A stretch of DNA of 53,451 nt, from the IMG/VR virus record IMGVR_UViG_3300030333_004406, positions 1-53,451 of that record. One strand, 5' to 3'. Under the pieces are notes generated by a model. It did not search any database. It saw nothing but the letters and a program-made list of their open reading frames with translations, and was not told the DNA's origin. Below are positions 38,468 to 48,735 of the stretch, piece by piece. The number at the start of each line of letters is the position of its first letter. The stretch's first letter is position 1. The stretch is from a virus (lineage: Duplodnaviria > Caudoviricetes). Position numbers and translations under genes: made by a program.

Positions 38468-39643
38468 TTATTTTTTATTTTTACTCTTAATTTTAAATTT
38501 GAAATCATTAGCAGAATCACCTAATACTCTATACTTAACTCCTCCAACATTTGTTTCACCATGTGTTTGACGAGGTTCAGTATTTATATTTTTATCTTTA
38601 GCGACACGATCTTTTATTGCGTCAGCTTTTCCTTGTTCATAAAAATGACTAGCAATAGCATCTGCATTCATAGCTGTAAATAAAGATTTGTGATAACCAA
38701 GACCATCTTCTATACCAATATTGTCTTTGCCAACAAATTTATTTACAAAATTATTGAGATCACTTTGGGTTTCTTTAACCTTATTAACGTCTTTAACGTT
38801 AAATCTAAATTTTTTATCACCAACGTTGTATTCAAAACCTTTGAATTCTTCGTTAAAAACTTCATTTGTTTTCTTAGTGAATTTTGATTTAGCTTTTTCA
38901 GCTGCTTTTTGACCCGCTGCTTTTTTCTTTTCAAATTCATTGAAGAAATTAATTGCTTTTTGTTGTTCTTCGGTCAACTTTGACCCAGCTTTAATATCTT
39001 CATAATATTTAGACTTTTGCCTGTCTAAGTGGGCTTTAGCCTCGGCAACTTGCTCTTTAAGGGCTATTTTCTTTTTACGTATAGTTCTTTCATCGTCAAC
39101 ATCTTCATCAATACCAAAGTTATCTTCCATTAAAAAGGATCTTTCCTCTGGTGATAAATGAGATTTAGTTGAACGATAATATTCATCTAATATTTCAGAG
39201 TCATCTAACTTATCGATTTCTCTATTCAACTTAACGTAGTCATTGAGATCACCACCTGTTTCTTCCATGAATTTTGCAATTTTTTGCAATTGATCAGGCA
39301 ATGGTAAGTTGTTTTCTTTAAAAGTATCTATTGCTTCTTCTACCTCTTCGGTATCAACTTTAAGATCTTCTATTGTAACCTCCTCTAGCGTTGGTAAATC
39401 TTGTTTCTCCTCGACTACTTCTTCTTTAGGTGATTCTGGAATTTCTTCATTAACTACGACCACCTCTTCTTCAACGGGTTGTTGTTCAACCTCTTCGTTT
39501 TTAGATTCTGGTGGATTACCTAAATCTACCTTAAAAACACTACTATCCCCAGCGCTTTCAAATTTAGATTCATCTACTTGTTTAACCTCTTCTTGAGGTT
39601 GTTCAGTTACTTCTTGAGTAACTTCTTTATTTTCTTCTGCCAT
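38468..39643 (-). CDS. Capsid scaffolding / assembly protein
   Basis: Highly acidic disordered N-terminus plus coiled coil; between portal and capsid genes. Confidence 0.7.
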   Translation of the reverse strand: MAEENKEVTQEVTEQPQEEVKQVDESKFESAGDSSVFKVDLGNPPESKNEEVEQQPVEEEVVVVNEEIPESPKEEVVEEKQDLPTLEEVTIEDLKVDTEEVEEAIDTFKENNLPLPDQLQKIAKFMEETGGDLNDYVKLNREIDKLDDSEILDEYYRSTKSHLSPEERSFLMEDNFGIDEDVDDERTIRKKKIALKEQVAEAKAHLDRQKSKYYEDIKAGSKLTEEQQKAINFFNEFEKKKAAGQKAAEKAKSKFTKKTNEVFNEEFKGFEYNVGDKKFRFNVKDVNKVKETQSDLNNFVNKFVGKDNIGIEDGLGYHKSLFTAMNADAIASHFYEQGKADAIKDRVAKDKNINTEPRQTHGETNVGGVKYRVLGDSANDFKFKIKSKNKK

Positions 39644-39669
39644 AATAAAATTTTATAAAATATTAAATA

Positions 39670-42072
39670 TTAGAGACCAAGACCTTCTATTCCTGCATCC
39701 CCCGTAAGTATATCATTACCTGATGATTCAAAGTTTTTAGTGGAATCACCCTGTTTTCTTTGCTCTATCATTTGTTTTTGATGAGCAGCTTGTCTATCTA
39801 CTCTTTGATCTTTTCTATCTTCTCTCATTTGCTCGTCACCAATCTTTGTTTCTCTTTCCATTGCTTTAAGTTGAGAATTTAATTCAAACTCAAATTGCAT
39901 TAATTCTTTTTTACCTTGAATTTCTTGTTGTAAGTATTGAGTTTTTAACTGTCCTTTGGTTTGCTCTAATTGCATCTCTGCTTGCATCTTTGCATTATTC
40001 TTTTCAACTTCAGATTGAGCGGCTATTTGTTGTTGCTGAGCATTAGCCTGAGCTTGTGCTTGCATGTTCTGCTGTTGCATAGCTTGATCTCTTTCCATTT
40101 TTCTCTTTCTTTTAACCTTAAGTAGTTGGTTAGCGAGTTTAACGTTTCTAATTTCACGTAAATCAATTGCGTCATCAAGATCAATAGTTTGTTGCTGTAA
40201 AGCTATTTGAATGTTGTTTTCTAATATAGCTTTTTCTTCTTCATCTGGTAGTAACTCTATGAATATACCAAAATCATAAAGATGTAAATCCTTTATCTCC
40301 TCAAGAGTCGCTACATTGTGAACACCTACTGCTCTTATAAAGGCTTCTTTCGTTGGAGAGTACTCTACTATATCAGATATTCTTAAAGATAAACATTCAG
40401 CCACTTCAGCTGTTAAGTATAGCATAGAGTTTAATATATGTCTAGTTGCTGTATTAGAATTAGCAGCTGCTAACTTTTGTACACCAACTAAAGCTTTTGG
40501 ATCTGGCATGCTACCGTCTCTAGCTTCATTAAGTCCGGTTACGTCTCTTATCATTTGTAGATAATAATTGTAAGCTGTTATTAAGCTTTGTATTTTATTT
40601 CCACCAGCTCCATTTTGTATTTGTTGAATTGGTACTTTACCTGGGTTCATATCCCCTTCAGATGTAAAACTCCTACCAATAACACTACCAGTTTGAAAAA
40701 ACATGTTAAGGGCTTCTTGTGGATTATAATTTGTTCCGTTACCTAAATCTATTTCCGCTAACCCGTCAACATCAAGATAAACACCGTCTGGTACCATTCT
40801 TGCCATTACTTGTTGTAACTTCAAGTGCGTTAGTTGAATCATATCAGCAAAACCTGTTATTCTGCTAACTAAAGATTCGATCCTACCCTTGTATAATTTT
40901 GGAGCCACAATTTGATAGTTCATTTTAACTGAACTAAAATCAGAATCTGATCGCATCATATTGTCAACCATTTTCCATTTTAATAACTTATCGCAACCTA
41001 CTAAATAAACACCTTCATACAGCACTTCAACAACTCTTTCTAGTTTACTAAATTCTCCATCCATACTTTCTACCGGTGGATTAAATGTATCATCTTTTTC
41101 TATAACTTTCTCTGCACCACTACCTAATGTTTTTAATTTATAAACATTATTCATGTGTGTTTTATAATTAAAGTATAAAACCTCTATTTTGTTTTTGTCA
41201 GTTGTTTTATGATATCTAGCTCTACTATAAGCGTTGGCGCCAGAATTTTCAGTTATCTTTTTTATATCTTGTTCTGTTAATTCTGGAAATTCTTTTACTA
41301 ATTCATTTATTGGTATTTCTTTTATTTCCCCAATGTAATACACATCTTCAAAGTATGGTGACTCTGTGTATGAATAAACTAAATTTGCTGGATCTATGTA
41401 TTTAGCTTTTGCTCCACTAGCCCAGTCAAAAGTTGTTTTTGTTGCAGCTATACCTATAACGCATAAATCTTCTAAACATCTCTTTCTAACTAAGTCATAA
41501 TCACTGTTTTCCATTAAGACGTTTATAGCTTGTTCTTCCGCTAACTCTACAGCTTGTTTGTAATTCAACTGCATGTGGAGAGCTAATTCTTCTTCTGTAT
41601 CTGGTAAGGTTTCAGGATCGTTTTCATAAAGATCAATATCAAAGTCCATTTTAACCGCTTCATTAAACTCCTTAGCTCTCATATCCCTAAGCATGGATTC
41701 CATATACTCTGTTCTTTTACTAACACCATATTGATCTTGAGAAAAAGCGTTGATATCAAATGTTCTTTGAGCCATACCGTTTACAACGATATCTACAAAT
41801 TTTGAAATTATTGGAACTGGTTTCCAGTCTAAATTAAGATAAGATAAATCACCATTTATAGATAATTCATCTTTATATTTCTGTATTGATTGTTCTCCTC
41901 TAGCATATAATCTTAACTCATGAAACTTATTTATTTGAGTACTAAACTTTGATGTAGCCCCATGAAACCACTCGTGTCTTATAGCTTTTGCAACTTGTAA
42001 TCCATACTTTTCACTAAGTTTTTCTAAATCACTAACCGCTTGAGATGGAAAATTTATAACAGACTCTGTCAT
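39670..42072 (-). CDS. Portal protein
   Basis: 800 aa directly after the terminase; LDWKPVPIISKFVD, IRDVTGLNEARDG and a Gln-rich C-terminal coiled-coil barrel. Confidence 0.85.
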   Translation of the reverse strand: MTESVINFPSQAVSDLEKLSEKYGLQVAKAIRHEWFHGATSKFSTQINKFHELRLYARGEQSIQKYKDELSINGDLSYLNLDWKPVPIISKFVDIVVNGMAQRTFDINAFSQDQYGVSKRTEYMESMLRDMRAKEFNEAVKMDFDIDLYENDPETLPDTEEELALHMQLNYKQAVELAEEQAINVLMENSDYDLVRKRCLEDLCVIGIAATKTTFDWASGAKAKYIDPANLVYSYTESPYFEDVYYIGEIKEIPINELVKEFPELTEQDIKKITENSGANAYSRARYHKTTDKNKIEVLYFNYKTHMNNVYKLKTLGSGAEKVIEKDDTFNPPVESMDGEFSKLERVVEVLYEGVYLVGCDKLLKWKMVDNMMRSDSDFSSVKMNYQIVAPKLYKGRIESLVSRITGFADMIQLTHLKLQQVMARMVPDGVYLDVDGLAEIDLGNGTNYNPQEALNMFFQTGSVIGRSFTSEGDMNPGKVPIQQIQNGAGGNKIQSLITAYNYYLQMIRDVTGLNEARDGSMPDPKALVGVQKLAAANSNTATRHILNSMLYLTAEVAECLSLRISDIVEYSPTKEAFIRAVGVHNVATLEEIKDLHLYDFGIFIELLPDEEEKAILENNIQIALQQQTIDLDDAIDLREIRNVKLANQLLKVKRKRKMERDQAMQQQNMQAQAQANAQQQQIAAQSEVEKNNAKMQAEMQLEQTKGQLKTQYLQQEIQGKKELMQFEFELNSQLKAMERETKIGDEQMREDRKDQRVDRQAAHQKQMIEQRKQGDSTKNFESSGNDILTGDAGIEGLGL

Positions 42073-44312
42073 ATTTCTTGTTTTATTATTTTAGATGTTA
42101 CTCCTTTGTTATTATATTTCGATATACCAAGGTTTAGTGGTGTCTTATCTCTCTCTTGATTTGGTCTATATAAATGTCTATTGCAAGCCATTATAGCTAA
42201 ACCAGAGCTTATTGATGCATCATGTTTTGTTCGTTTGTTTATATCAAACTTAGACCAATCGTTTAAAGTAGAATTAAAATACATAGTACCATATGTACCA
42301 TCTTCAAGTAAACCAACATGATCATTTATATAGGTTTCTATAGCTGCAGCGTGAGCTTGTTTTATATCTTCACTAGAGTTTGGTATACCACCAACTTCTT
42401 TTTCCGCAACAGATAGTTTATTCCAAACTTTATCTGGTCTATTAATACTAAACTTTCTATATCCTCTTCTTCTAAGATAGTACAAAAGTCTAGGTTTATT
42501 ATTTTCTGCTAACAATGGCATTCCATAAAATACTAGTGCCATCAAAACGTCTTCAAAAAATATATCAGCTGTTTGTGGTCTCGCTATATATTCTAAAAAG
42601 AAAGTGTTAGCCGGAGCGTCTTCCATTGAAAACTTAGTTAATCCATGTAAAGCCCCTTTTGATCCAGTACCATCAACTGTTCCTGATATGTCATATGAGT
42701 CACAACCAAATGCTCCCATATGTTCATTGCCTGGATATTTTACTCCATTTTTAACTATTACACTATTTTGAAGTTTTTGATTAGGCACCCAACTAACTTT
42801 AAATCTTCCTTTTGGATCTGGATTAAAAGTAACTTTAGTATCTTTAATACCATTGACCCATTGAAAGTTGCCAGGTGTTAACACTGATGAATTTCTATTA
42901 CCTTCATTATAATCTATTTGCTCATATATTTTAACGAGATTAAATAAACTATTGCCTGTTTCATCTCTAAATGCGTGTTCTTCTGTTCTAGGAAACTGAC
43001 GATAAAATTCATTTAAAGCGTCTTGATCGTCTTTAAGTCCATCAGCTTCATTGTCCCAGTGGTCTATCACACCGTAATCTATCTCTATTCCATGGGGATC
43101 AAATGTTTGTTCGCTAGGAGTATTGAATACAGGTTGACCGTATTCGTCAATGAAACCCTCATAATTCCACTCCATGGGTATAAACAAAGAATACAATCCT
43201 GATTTTGTTTGCCCGTTTCTATTTCGCTTTGTAACATCTGAATTATAATATAGATCTTTAAAATTATCTCCTCCTTTATCTAGTGCGTTAGAAGTGGATC
43301 CCATCATGCATTTACCTATAATTCTACTACCTAATCGCAAGCAAGTTTTTGTAACTCTCCAGTTGTTTTTTATATTATCAGGTCTTTCCCATTTACCACT
43401 CTCATCGTGAACTAATAAAGAAAGCTTTTCACCGTCATAACTATTGTCACCTGTATTTTTCCAATCTATAGTAGTATCAAGACCCTCCATGTCATCTTGT
43501 TCCTCTCGTTCCCTCATTTTTTTACGAGTAAACTTTTTAGCAGGAACTCTATATGCTAGTTCTGATTTTGGACGATCCATACCGTCTTGTATTGGTTTAA
43601 AGAAGAATGGATAGTTAATACTAATTGGTACCACTTTGTCAGTAAACATTTTTTTAGCATCAGCACCAGTCTTAGACAATATACCAAATCTACTATCACT
43701 AGCTAATGTAGCTTGGTGTACTGTTTCAGCTGAACTCATAAATGAAAAACCAGAACGTCTATTTTTTAAATAACACATTCCATAACTTCTTTTATCTGCT
43801 TTACAGGCTTCCCAAAATATAAAGAACAATCTATTTGCTTCTCTATAATCTGGAGCACCAACATCAATCTTGCTCCACTGTAAATACATATAATGCGTAC
43901 CCGTTATATATGTTGGTTTACCATTGTTCATAAACCAAAAACCCTCTTCTCTTCTTCTAAACTCTTCGTCTATATATCCATAATGTTTTTCTTTAAAATC
44001 ATCTGGATAATCTTGCCAATCAAATACTGTCTTAATTCTTTTAAAATCAGGATTAGGTGGAAACTGTTTCCATTTTTGTTCTGATTTTATTTTACTACAA
44101 GAATATACTTCTTTAGGTTGCTTAGGTAAAGCTATTTGAAAACCTTGTATCTCAAGTATTTCACCTATCATACCAGTTTTAGATATAGAAACTATATCAG
44201 ATTCCTTGTTGTAGCCATACTCCCATTTTTTAGACTTATTAAGTCTTTTAATGGTATTTAATTTTATAGGTTCTACAACTTTATATAATGTTTGTTTATA
44301 GTTATTCATCAT
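42069..44312 (-). CDS. terL: Terminase large subunit
   Basis: Walker A-like LKNRRSGFS, Walker B LLVHDESGKW, coupling motif GSTSN, nuclease motifs FGCDSYD and HDASIS. Confidence 0.9.
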   Translation of the reverse strand: MMNNYKQTLYKVVEPIKLNTIKRLNKSKKWEYGYNKESDIVSISKTGMIGEILEIQGFQIALPKQPKEVYSCSKIKSEQKWKQFPPNPDFKRIKTVFDWQDYPDDFKEKHYGYIDEEFRRREEGFWFMNNGKPTYITGTHYMYLQWSKIDVGAPDYREANRLFFIFWEACKADKRSYGMCYLKNRRSGFSFMSSAETVHQATLASDSRFGILSKTGADAKKMFTDKVVPISINYPFFFKPIQDGMDRPKSELAYRVPAKKFTRKKMREREEQDDMEGLDTTIDWKNTGDNSYDGEKLSLLVHDESGKWERPDNIKNNWRVTKTCLRLGSRIIGKCMMGSTSNALDKGGDNFKDLYYNSDVTKRNRNGQTKSGLYSLFIPMEWNYEGFIDEYGQPVFNTPSEQTFDPHGIEIDYGVIDHWDNEADGLKDDQDALNEFYRQFPRTEEHAFRDETGNSLFNLVKIYEQIDYNEGNRNSSVLTPGNFQWVNGIKDTKVTFNPDPKGRFKVSWVPNQKLQNSVIVKNGVKYPGNEHMGAFGCDSYDISGTVDGTGSKGALHGLTKFSMEDAPANTFFLEYIARPQTADIFFEDVLMALVFYGMPLLAENNKPRLLYYLRRRGYRKFSINRPDKVWNKLSVAEKEVGGIPNSSEDIKQAHAAAIETYINDHVGLLEDGTYGTMYFNSTLNDWSKFDINKRTKHDASISSGLAIMACNRHLYRPNQERDKTPLNLGISKYNNKGVTSKIIKQEI

Positions 44313-44595
44313 ACGCACTTATATCTATCTTAAAACTATCACTTAAACCTTCTTTGTCTATCAAATCGTGACAAGCCTTAGTGTTTTGTTTGTAAAATTC
44401 TTTCTTTGATATTTTTGATTTAAAATACTTATCAAACATTTTATCAACTCTGCACTCCTCGGGTCTTGTGTTATATATAGAACACTTGTTAGTTTTTTTG
44501 TTTAAATGAGAACAAACACCATTTATATCATGAGGTAATCCTGATCCACTAACATTCCTACAGCAAGCACCACATTGTGAACATAAAAATTCCAT
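44302..44595 (-). CDS. YkgJ-family (CxxCxxCC) Zn/Fe-chelating protein
   Basis: FLCSQCGACC...CSHL...KCSIYNTRPEECR. Confidence 0.85.
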   Translation of the reverse strand: MEFLCSQCGACCRNVSGSGLPHDINGVCSHLNKKTNKCSIYNTRPEECRVDKMFDKYFKSKISKKEFYKQNTKACHDLIDKEGLSDSFKIDISAYDE

Positions 44596-44870
44596 TATCT
44601 AGATCTTCCTTCGGCAAATCCCTTGAAAGTATTTTTCTTTTCCTCTTCAATAGGCTTACCCTCTAACATAGCTTCTTCTTCATGGATTCTATTTAATATT
44701 TCAAAAGCATCAAATATAGCTAACTTTTTTGTAGCTGCAGCATTCTTTAATCTGTCAGCTGATATATCTTCGTCTGAATCTACTATTTCTTCTCTAGCTA
44801 CTTTAATTAACTCTTCAACCGCCTTGTGTCCAGCTTGGATTATATTCTTTTTCGTTTCCTTGATATTCAT
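44595..44870 (-). CDS. Putative terminase small subunit
   Basis: 91-aa helical protein upstream of terL; call is by position and size only. Confidence 0.45.
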   Translation of the reverse strand: MNIKETKKNIIQAGHKAVEELIKVAREEIVDSDEDISADRLKNAAATKKLAIFDAFEILNRIHEEEAMLEGKPIEEEKKNTFKGFAEGRSR

Positions 44871-45393
44871 ATTTAATTGTAATAAATTTATTCATAACCC
44901 TATATAATCTTTCTCCATCAATAATAAATTCATATTCACTATTGGGTGTAAAACCCACTAATTCCTCTTTATTAAATGTTCCATCAGAATATTTAATAAC
45001 ACCAACTAGTGGTCTTTCAACTTCATTTCTAAGTTTATCAATAGAAACTAATGGTTTAACAAAACTATAACCAGGCGTTGCTTTTTTATTATATAAAAAA
45101 ATTTGATCACCCGATATCAAATACTTATTTTCTTTCCAATAAGATCTACTATTTCTTTCCCTACCTTTAACATCTGTCCATCTTCTAAATATATTGTGAT
45201 GCACTATTACCTCATCACCCACGTTAATGGGTGATTGAAATAACAGTGGAGTAGCGATTATTTTTGCTCTTCTATTTACAAAATGGTGATTAAAAATATC
45301 TGTATTAAGTATAAGTTCTTTTTCTCCAACTTTTTTAGAATTATTATATCTTTCACCTATTGGAGAAACTATAAAATCTTTATAAGCTTTCAT
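44815..45393 (-). CDS. GroES-like (tandem co-chaperonin fold) protein
   Basis: Two GroES-like halves: KKVGEKELIL...AKIIATP...VGDEVIV, and FVKPL...GVIKY...EFIIDGERLYRV. Confidence 0.5.
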   Translation of the reverse strand: MKAYKDFIVSPIGERYNNSKKVGEKELILNTDIFNHHFVNRRAKIIATPLLFQSPINVGDEVIVHHNIFRRWTDVKGRERNSRSYWKENKYLISGDQIFLYNKKATPGYSFVKPLVSIDKLRNEVERPLVGVIKYSDGTFNKEELVGFTPNSEYEFIIDGERLYRVMNKFITIKYEYQGNEKEYNPSWTQGG

Positions 45394-45617
45394 TAATATT
45401 CTAGATTATACTCAACTGATATAGCCATATTTTTATTAAAATCTTTCCAAGGTATAACCACTTCTTCTTTTCTAATATATATAGAATATTTATCTTCTTC
45501 TTCTATTATATCACAAATTTTATGACCTCCATACACTTCCTGATTAACAGCATAGTGCATGGAGTCATTTTTATAATCTTTACCTATAGTGATTTTTCGA
45601 ATTATATTATTCTTCAT
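45393..45617 (-). CDS. Conserved hypothetical phage protein
   Basis: 74-aa ORF overlapping both neighbours. Confidence 0.65.
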   Translation of the reverse strand: MKNNIIRKITIGKDYKNDSMHYAVNQEVYGGHKICDIIEEEDKYSIYIRKEEVVIPWKDFNKNMAISVEYNLEY

Positions 45618-45888
45618 TTTTACTACCTTCTACCTTCCAGTTTATTGTGCCATCTACAATATTAACATCGTCATTTCCATACTCTTTTCTTAAAGTATCA
45701 CGCATATCATTTATGCTTTTCTGTGCGCCACCTAACTCGTGTAATAGGTTGTGTTTTTGGGTCTCTAATTTACCCACATTAAACTGAATTCCATTTATTG
45801 TATTTACTACTTTTTGTAGTTGTTCAAGATGTTCTTTTGAAATCTTCTCTGCCTTTGGTTTTAATTCAACCGTTTTTTCTTTTGCCAT
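45607..45888 (-). CDS. Coiled-coil hypothetical protein
   Basis: 93 aa with a helical-hairpin pattern. Confidence 0.65.
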   Translation of the reverse strand: MAKEKTVELKPKAEKISKEHLEQLQKVVNTINGIQFNVGKLETQKHNLLHELGGAQKSINDMRDTLRKEYGNDDVNIVDGTINWKVEGSKNEE

Positions 45889-45921
45889 ATTTTATTATAT
45901 TTAATTTAAGTTAATTTATTT

Positions 45922-46725
45922 TTAGTATTCTAATCCAAGCATTAATTCGATTGGATGTTTAAAACATATTTCGTCATCATCCTCTAGTGTTGCCGCTACA
46001 TTTGATGTTAATACTAATGTCGTGTGAGAACCATCATCCTCTATAGTTGAAACTGTACCGATTGCTGCACCATCAGCTGCAACTAGTTCATCTCCAGGAG
46101 CAAACAATATATCACCAGCCGTGCCATCGCAGTTTAAAGTAGCCGTTGCATCAGCGGTATATCCAGATCCATTATCTATTTCCATGCCTGTACCAAAATC
46201 TGCTCCACCTTCAGCTGCTATACCAGCAACCCATATAGTTTGATAACCCTTAGTTGTTCCAGAATAATTTGGATCACCTTCTAATATTATAGGTGAGAAA
46301 CCAGATATCATTCCACCTGTTGCATCATCTTTGTCTTGCATCCCATCAGCAAGTATACTATATCCAACAAGTTCGGCATCAGTACTTCTTGTCTCTGTTG
46401 CCGCTAAAAACTTATAACCTATAATATGTTTTCTAATCAAAACTGCGTTAGCTACTGCTAGCGCCGAATTAGAAACGGGTAAAGCTGGAGGAGCAACTCC
46501 ATCAACTGATTTAGCAAAAATAAGTGACATATTCTTGTCATTAGCGGCTGCACCGTTTGTTCCCTGCACTATAGCTGTTACCGATCTAATAGCACAACCA
46601 CCTCTTGGAATTTCAAGTGCATGCCAATCGAACAGCACATCACCTGCGGTATAAGCGGTAGCGTGTGCCGCTCCATTAAATGCTGGTTTAAATCTTGCTA
46701 AGTGAAATTTACTTTGTATTGCCAT
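45922..46725 (-). CDS. Putative structural protein
   Basis: 267 aa, rich in A/G/D/T and beta-strands. Confidence 0.55.
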   Translation of the reverse strand: MAIQSKFHLARFKPAFNGAAHATAYTAGDVLFDWHALEIPRGGCAIRSVTAIVQGTNGAAANDKNMSLIFAKSVDGVAPPALPVSNSALAVANAVLIRKHIIGYKFLAATETRSTDAELVGYSILADGMQDKDDATGGMISGFSPIILEGDPNYSGTTKGYQTIWVAGIAAEGGADFGTGMEIDNGSGYTADATATLNCDGTAGDILFAPGDELVAADGAAIGTVSTIEDDGSHTTLVLTSNVAATLEDDDEICFKHPIELMLGLEY

Positions 46726-46727
46726 AA

Positions 46728-47153
46728 TTATTTATTATTATTTTGTTGTTCATTCTTTTTTGACGATCCGCCGAAAAAGAAATCGACTACCGTATTAACT
46801 TTTGCGCTCATTGCGCCAAATATTGTAGAGATAAAACTTATCTCAAATTCTCCTAATTCTAGATCTCCCATTACAAAGTATCTAAACATCATGAAACTTA
46901 ATCCAAAATATGCTAACGTGAATAATGACGCAAGTATCTTTTGAATAAGCGCATCGTCTTTATACATATCGCGAGCGCTCTTTCTGTCTTCGACTTCCTT
47001 TGCGAAGGCTTCTTTCTCAGCTTCAAGTAATAATCTTTTAAGAGCAAGCTTTGCTTCATCTCTTTCTTTGTCTGTTGTAATAACTTTGTCAAGTATTCCT
47101 TCTGCATTATCTACTATCTTACTGAATAAGCCACCTACTAAATTTTTTATCAT
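46728..47153 (-). CDS. Holin (GTA 3TM-like family)
   Basis: ILDKVITTDKER...EDRKSAR, then two TM helices ending in FFFGGS. Confidence 0.7.
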   Translation of the reverse strand: MIKNLVGGLFSKIVDNAEGILDKVITTDKERDEAKLALKRLLLEAEKEAFAKEVEDRKSARDMYKDDALIQKILASLFTLAYFGLSFMMFRYFVMGDLELGEFEISFISTIFGAMSAKVNTVVDFFFGGSSKKNEQQNNNK

Positions 47154-47590
47154 CTTTCATTATCTTTTATCATATCATCGATAGACTTATTCATTACCTT
47201 ATCGGTGTATGACTTGTTATTAAAAAATATACTCTTATCAGAGGTTGGTATATCCTCTTCACCTAAGAGTATTCTATAAATTCTACTTATTAAGTGTGAA
47301 CACTTAAAGGAGGTTTTGAATACAGAGTATTTGATGGTTGTTCTATTTCTATGTCTCCAAGTTTCTATCCAACCATTCCTCCTTAATTTTTCCCAACGGT
47401 TCTTGTCCCAACTCATTGTATAAGTACCGTCAATAAATTCTTGACGCGTGAATCTTCCTTTACAATCTAAGTAAATAAGAAGTTCTAAATCTGCGTCAGT
47501 CAACCCGTAAGTTTTACAGGCCCATTTTCTAACGAGCCTGTAATACTTAAGGATTTGTAAATCACGTAAATCGTGACTTGTTAATCGCAT
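47150..47590 (-). CDS. Winged-helix (MarR-like) DNA-binding protein
   Basis: YGLTDADLELLIYL...EKLRRNGWI wHTH pattern. Confidence 0.55.
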   Translation of the reverse strand: MRLTSHDLRDLQILKYYRLVRKWACKTYGLTDADLELLIYLDCKGRFTRQEFIDGTYTMSWDKNRWEKLRRNGWIETWRHRNRTTIKYSVFKTSFKCSHLISRIYRILLGEEDIPTSDKSIFFNNKSYTDKVMNKSIDDMIKDNER

Positions 47591-47595
47591 GCTAA

Positions 47596-48360
47596 TTATA
47601 CAGTAGCAGACTCAACTAAGTGAACAGTAGCAATTGCAGTAGCTAAGTGACCACTTAAGTGCCAATTTACTCCATCACACACAAAATGCATATTCATGCC
47701 TTCTGCTGATTGTGCGACGTCAGCGTCTACAGTGATTTTAGACATACCATTAAAGGCGTCTACAGTAGAGTTTGCTGCTAATGTAATAAGACCACCATAT
47801 ATATCAGTAGCATTACCGTCTGTTTTAATTATAAAATCAGCATCATCATCTGAGTTTACTAAAAAACAAAAGTCATACCAAACTCCAGCTGAAGTTGACG
47901 CTGCAGGTAATGTTAACGTTACATTATTATCCACAGTTGACATATCGACAGTAAATAGTTTACCAGATTCAGTAGCAGTCAAAGTTCTTGTAACAGCAGA
48001 GCCGTTAGTAATAGCCTCTACTTCTCTTCTGCTACCAACAATACCTCTTGTTATACCAGTAACTCCAGTTATGTTACCATTTACATAAGTACCAGCAACA
48101 GCGTCAGCTATAACAGTCATAGTTTTTGAACCAGAACCATCTATAGCAGCACCTATAAATTCCATTACTTCCTGTTCTTTATTTGAGCTAACAGCCAACT
48201 CTATCTTATCATAAGCACCAGAACTAGCAGCTCCTTGTACAGCGTCAAAGTAAAGAATAACTGATGTGTCACCCTGGTGGTCACATCCTCTAAAGTTATC
48301 AGCTAAATTCATATAAGCGTCATTATCAGCCGCTTTTATAAATACAAATTTTTTTCCCAT
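47596..48360 (-). CDS. Putative virion structural / decoration protein
   Basis: TRTLTATESGKLF...LTLPAAS..AG...FVCDGVNW motif typical of phage capsid-decoration or fibre domains. Confidence 0.55.
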   Translation of the reverse strand: MGKKFVFIKAADNDAYMNLADNFRGCDHQGDTSVILYFDAVQGAASSGAYDKIELAVSSNKEQEVMEFIGAAIDGSGSKTMTVIADAVAGTYVNGNITGVTGITRGIVGSRREVEAITNGSAVTRTLTATESGKLFTVDMSTVDNNVTLTLPAASTSAGVWYDFCFLVNSDDDADFIIKTDGNATDIYGGLITLAANSTVDAFNGMSKITVDADVAQSAEGMNMHFVCDGVNWHLSGHLATAIATVHLVESATV

Positions 48361-48442
48361 TTTAAAATTTTTTTAAGTTATTAATTAATTGTTTTCGATT
48401 TGTTGTTTGAGGATTATGGATTATGGTTTGTGTATAATCTTC

Positions 48443-48459
48443 TTTAATAGATATTACAT
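48443..48459 (-). promoter_or_regulatory. Putative late-promoter motif variant (ATGTAATATCTATTAAA)
   Basis: In the intergenic gap after groES, upstream of the next gene block. Confidence 0.35.
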
Positions 48460-48477
48460 ACTTTTTAGAAATAGTAA

Positions 48478-48735
48478 CTATTCTACTAGAACTATGTCTC
48501 TCGCACGTATAACCCTGTACATGTTGTCTTTATATGCTATATCGTGTCCGGCAGCTCCATCATAGTATATAGAATCACCTTTCTTAACTATAGGCACATC
48601 ATTTCCAATAGATATTATATTTGCTTTTCTGTATCTATTTGACTCATCTGTCTCATCTGTTAAGATTAAACCTCCAACCTTCTTTGGTCCTTCTTTAATT
48701 ATATCAACTATAACGTAATCATTAATTGCTTGCAT
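48478..48735 (-). CDS. groES: Co-chaperonin GroES
   Basis: MQAINDYVIV, mobile loop KVGGLIL, VKKGDSIYY, DIVLVE. Confidence 0.9.
   Translation of the reverse strand: MQAINDYVIVDIIKEGPKKVGGLILTDETDESNRYRKANIISIGNDVPIVKKGDSIYYDGAAGHDIAYKDNMYRVIRARDIVLVE

Noticed and set aside
42069-44312. Intein or intron in the long terminase gene
   Set aside because: No intein splice-junction or LAGLIDADG motifs were seen. The extra length lies in an N-terminal extension before the ATPase motifs.
48411-48427. Short GGATTAT direct repeat in the leader downstream of groES
   Set aside because: Only two 7-bp copies in AT-rich DNA, compatible with chance.
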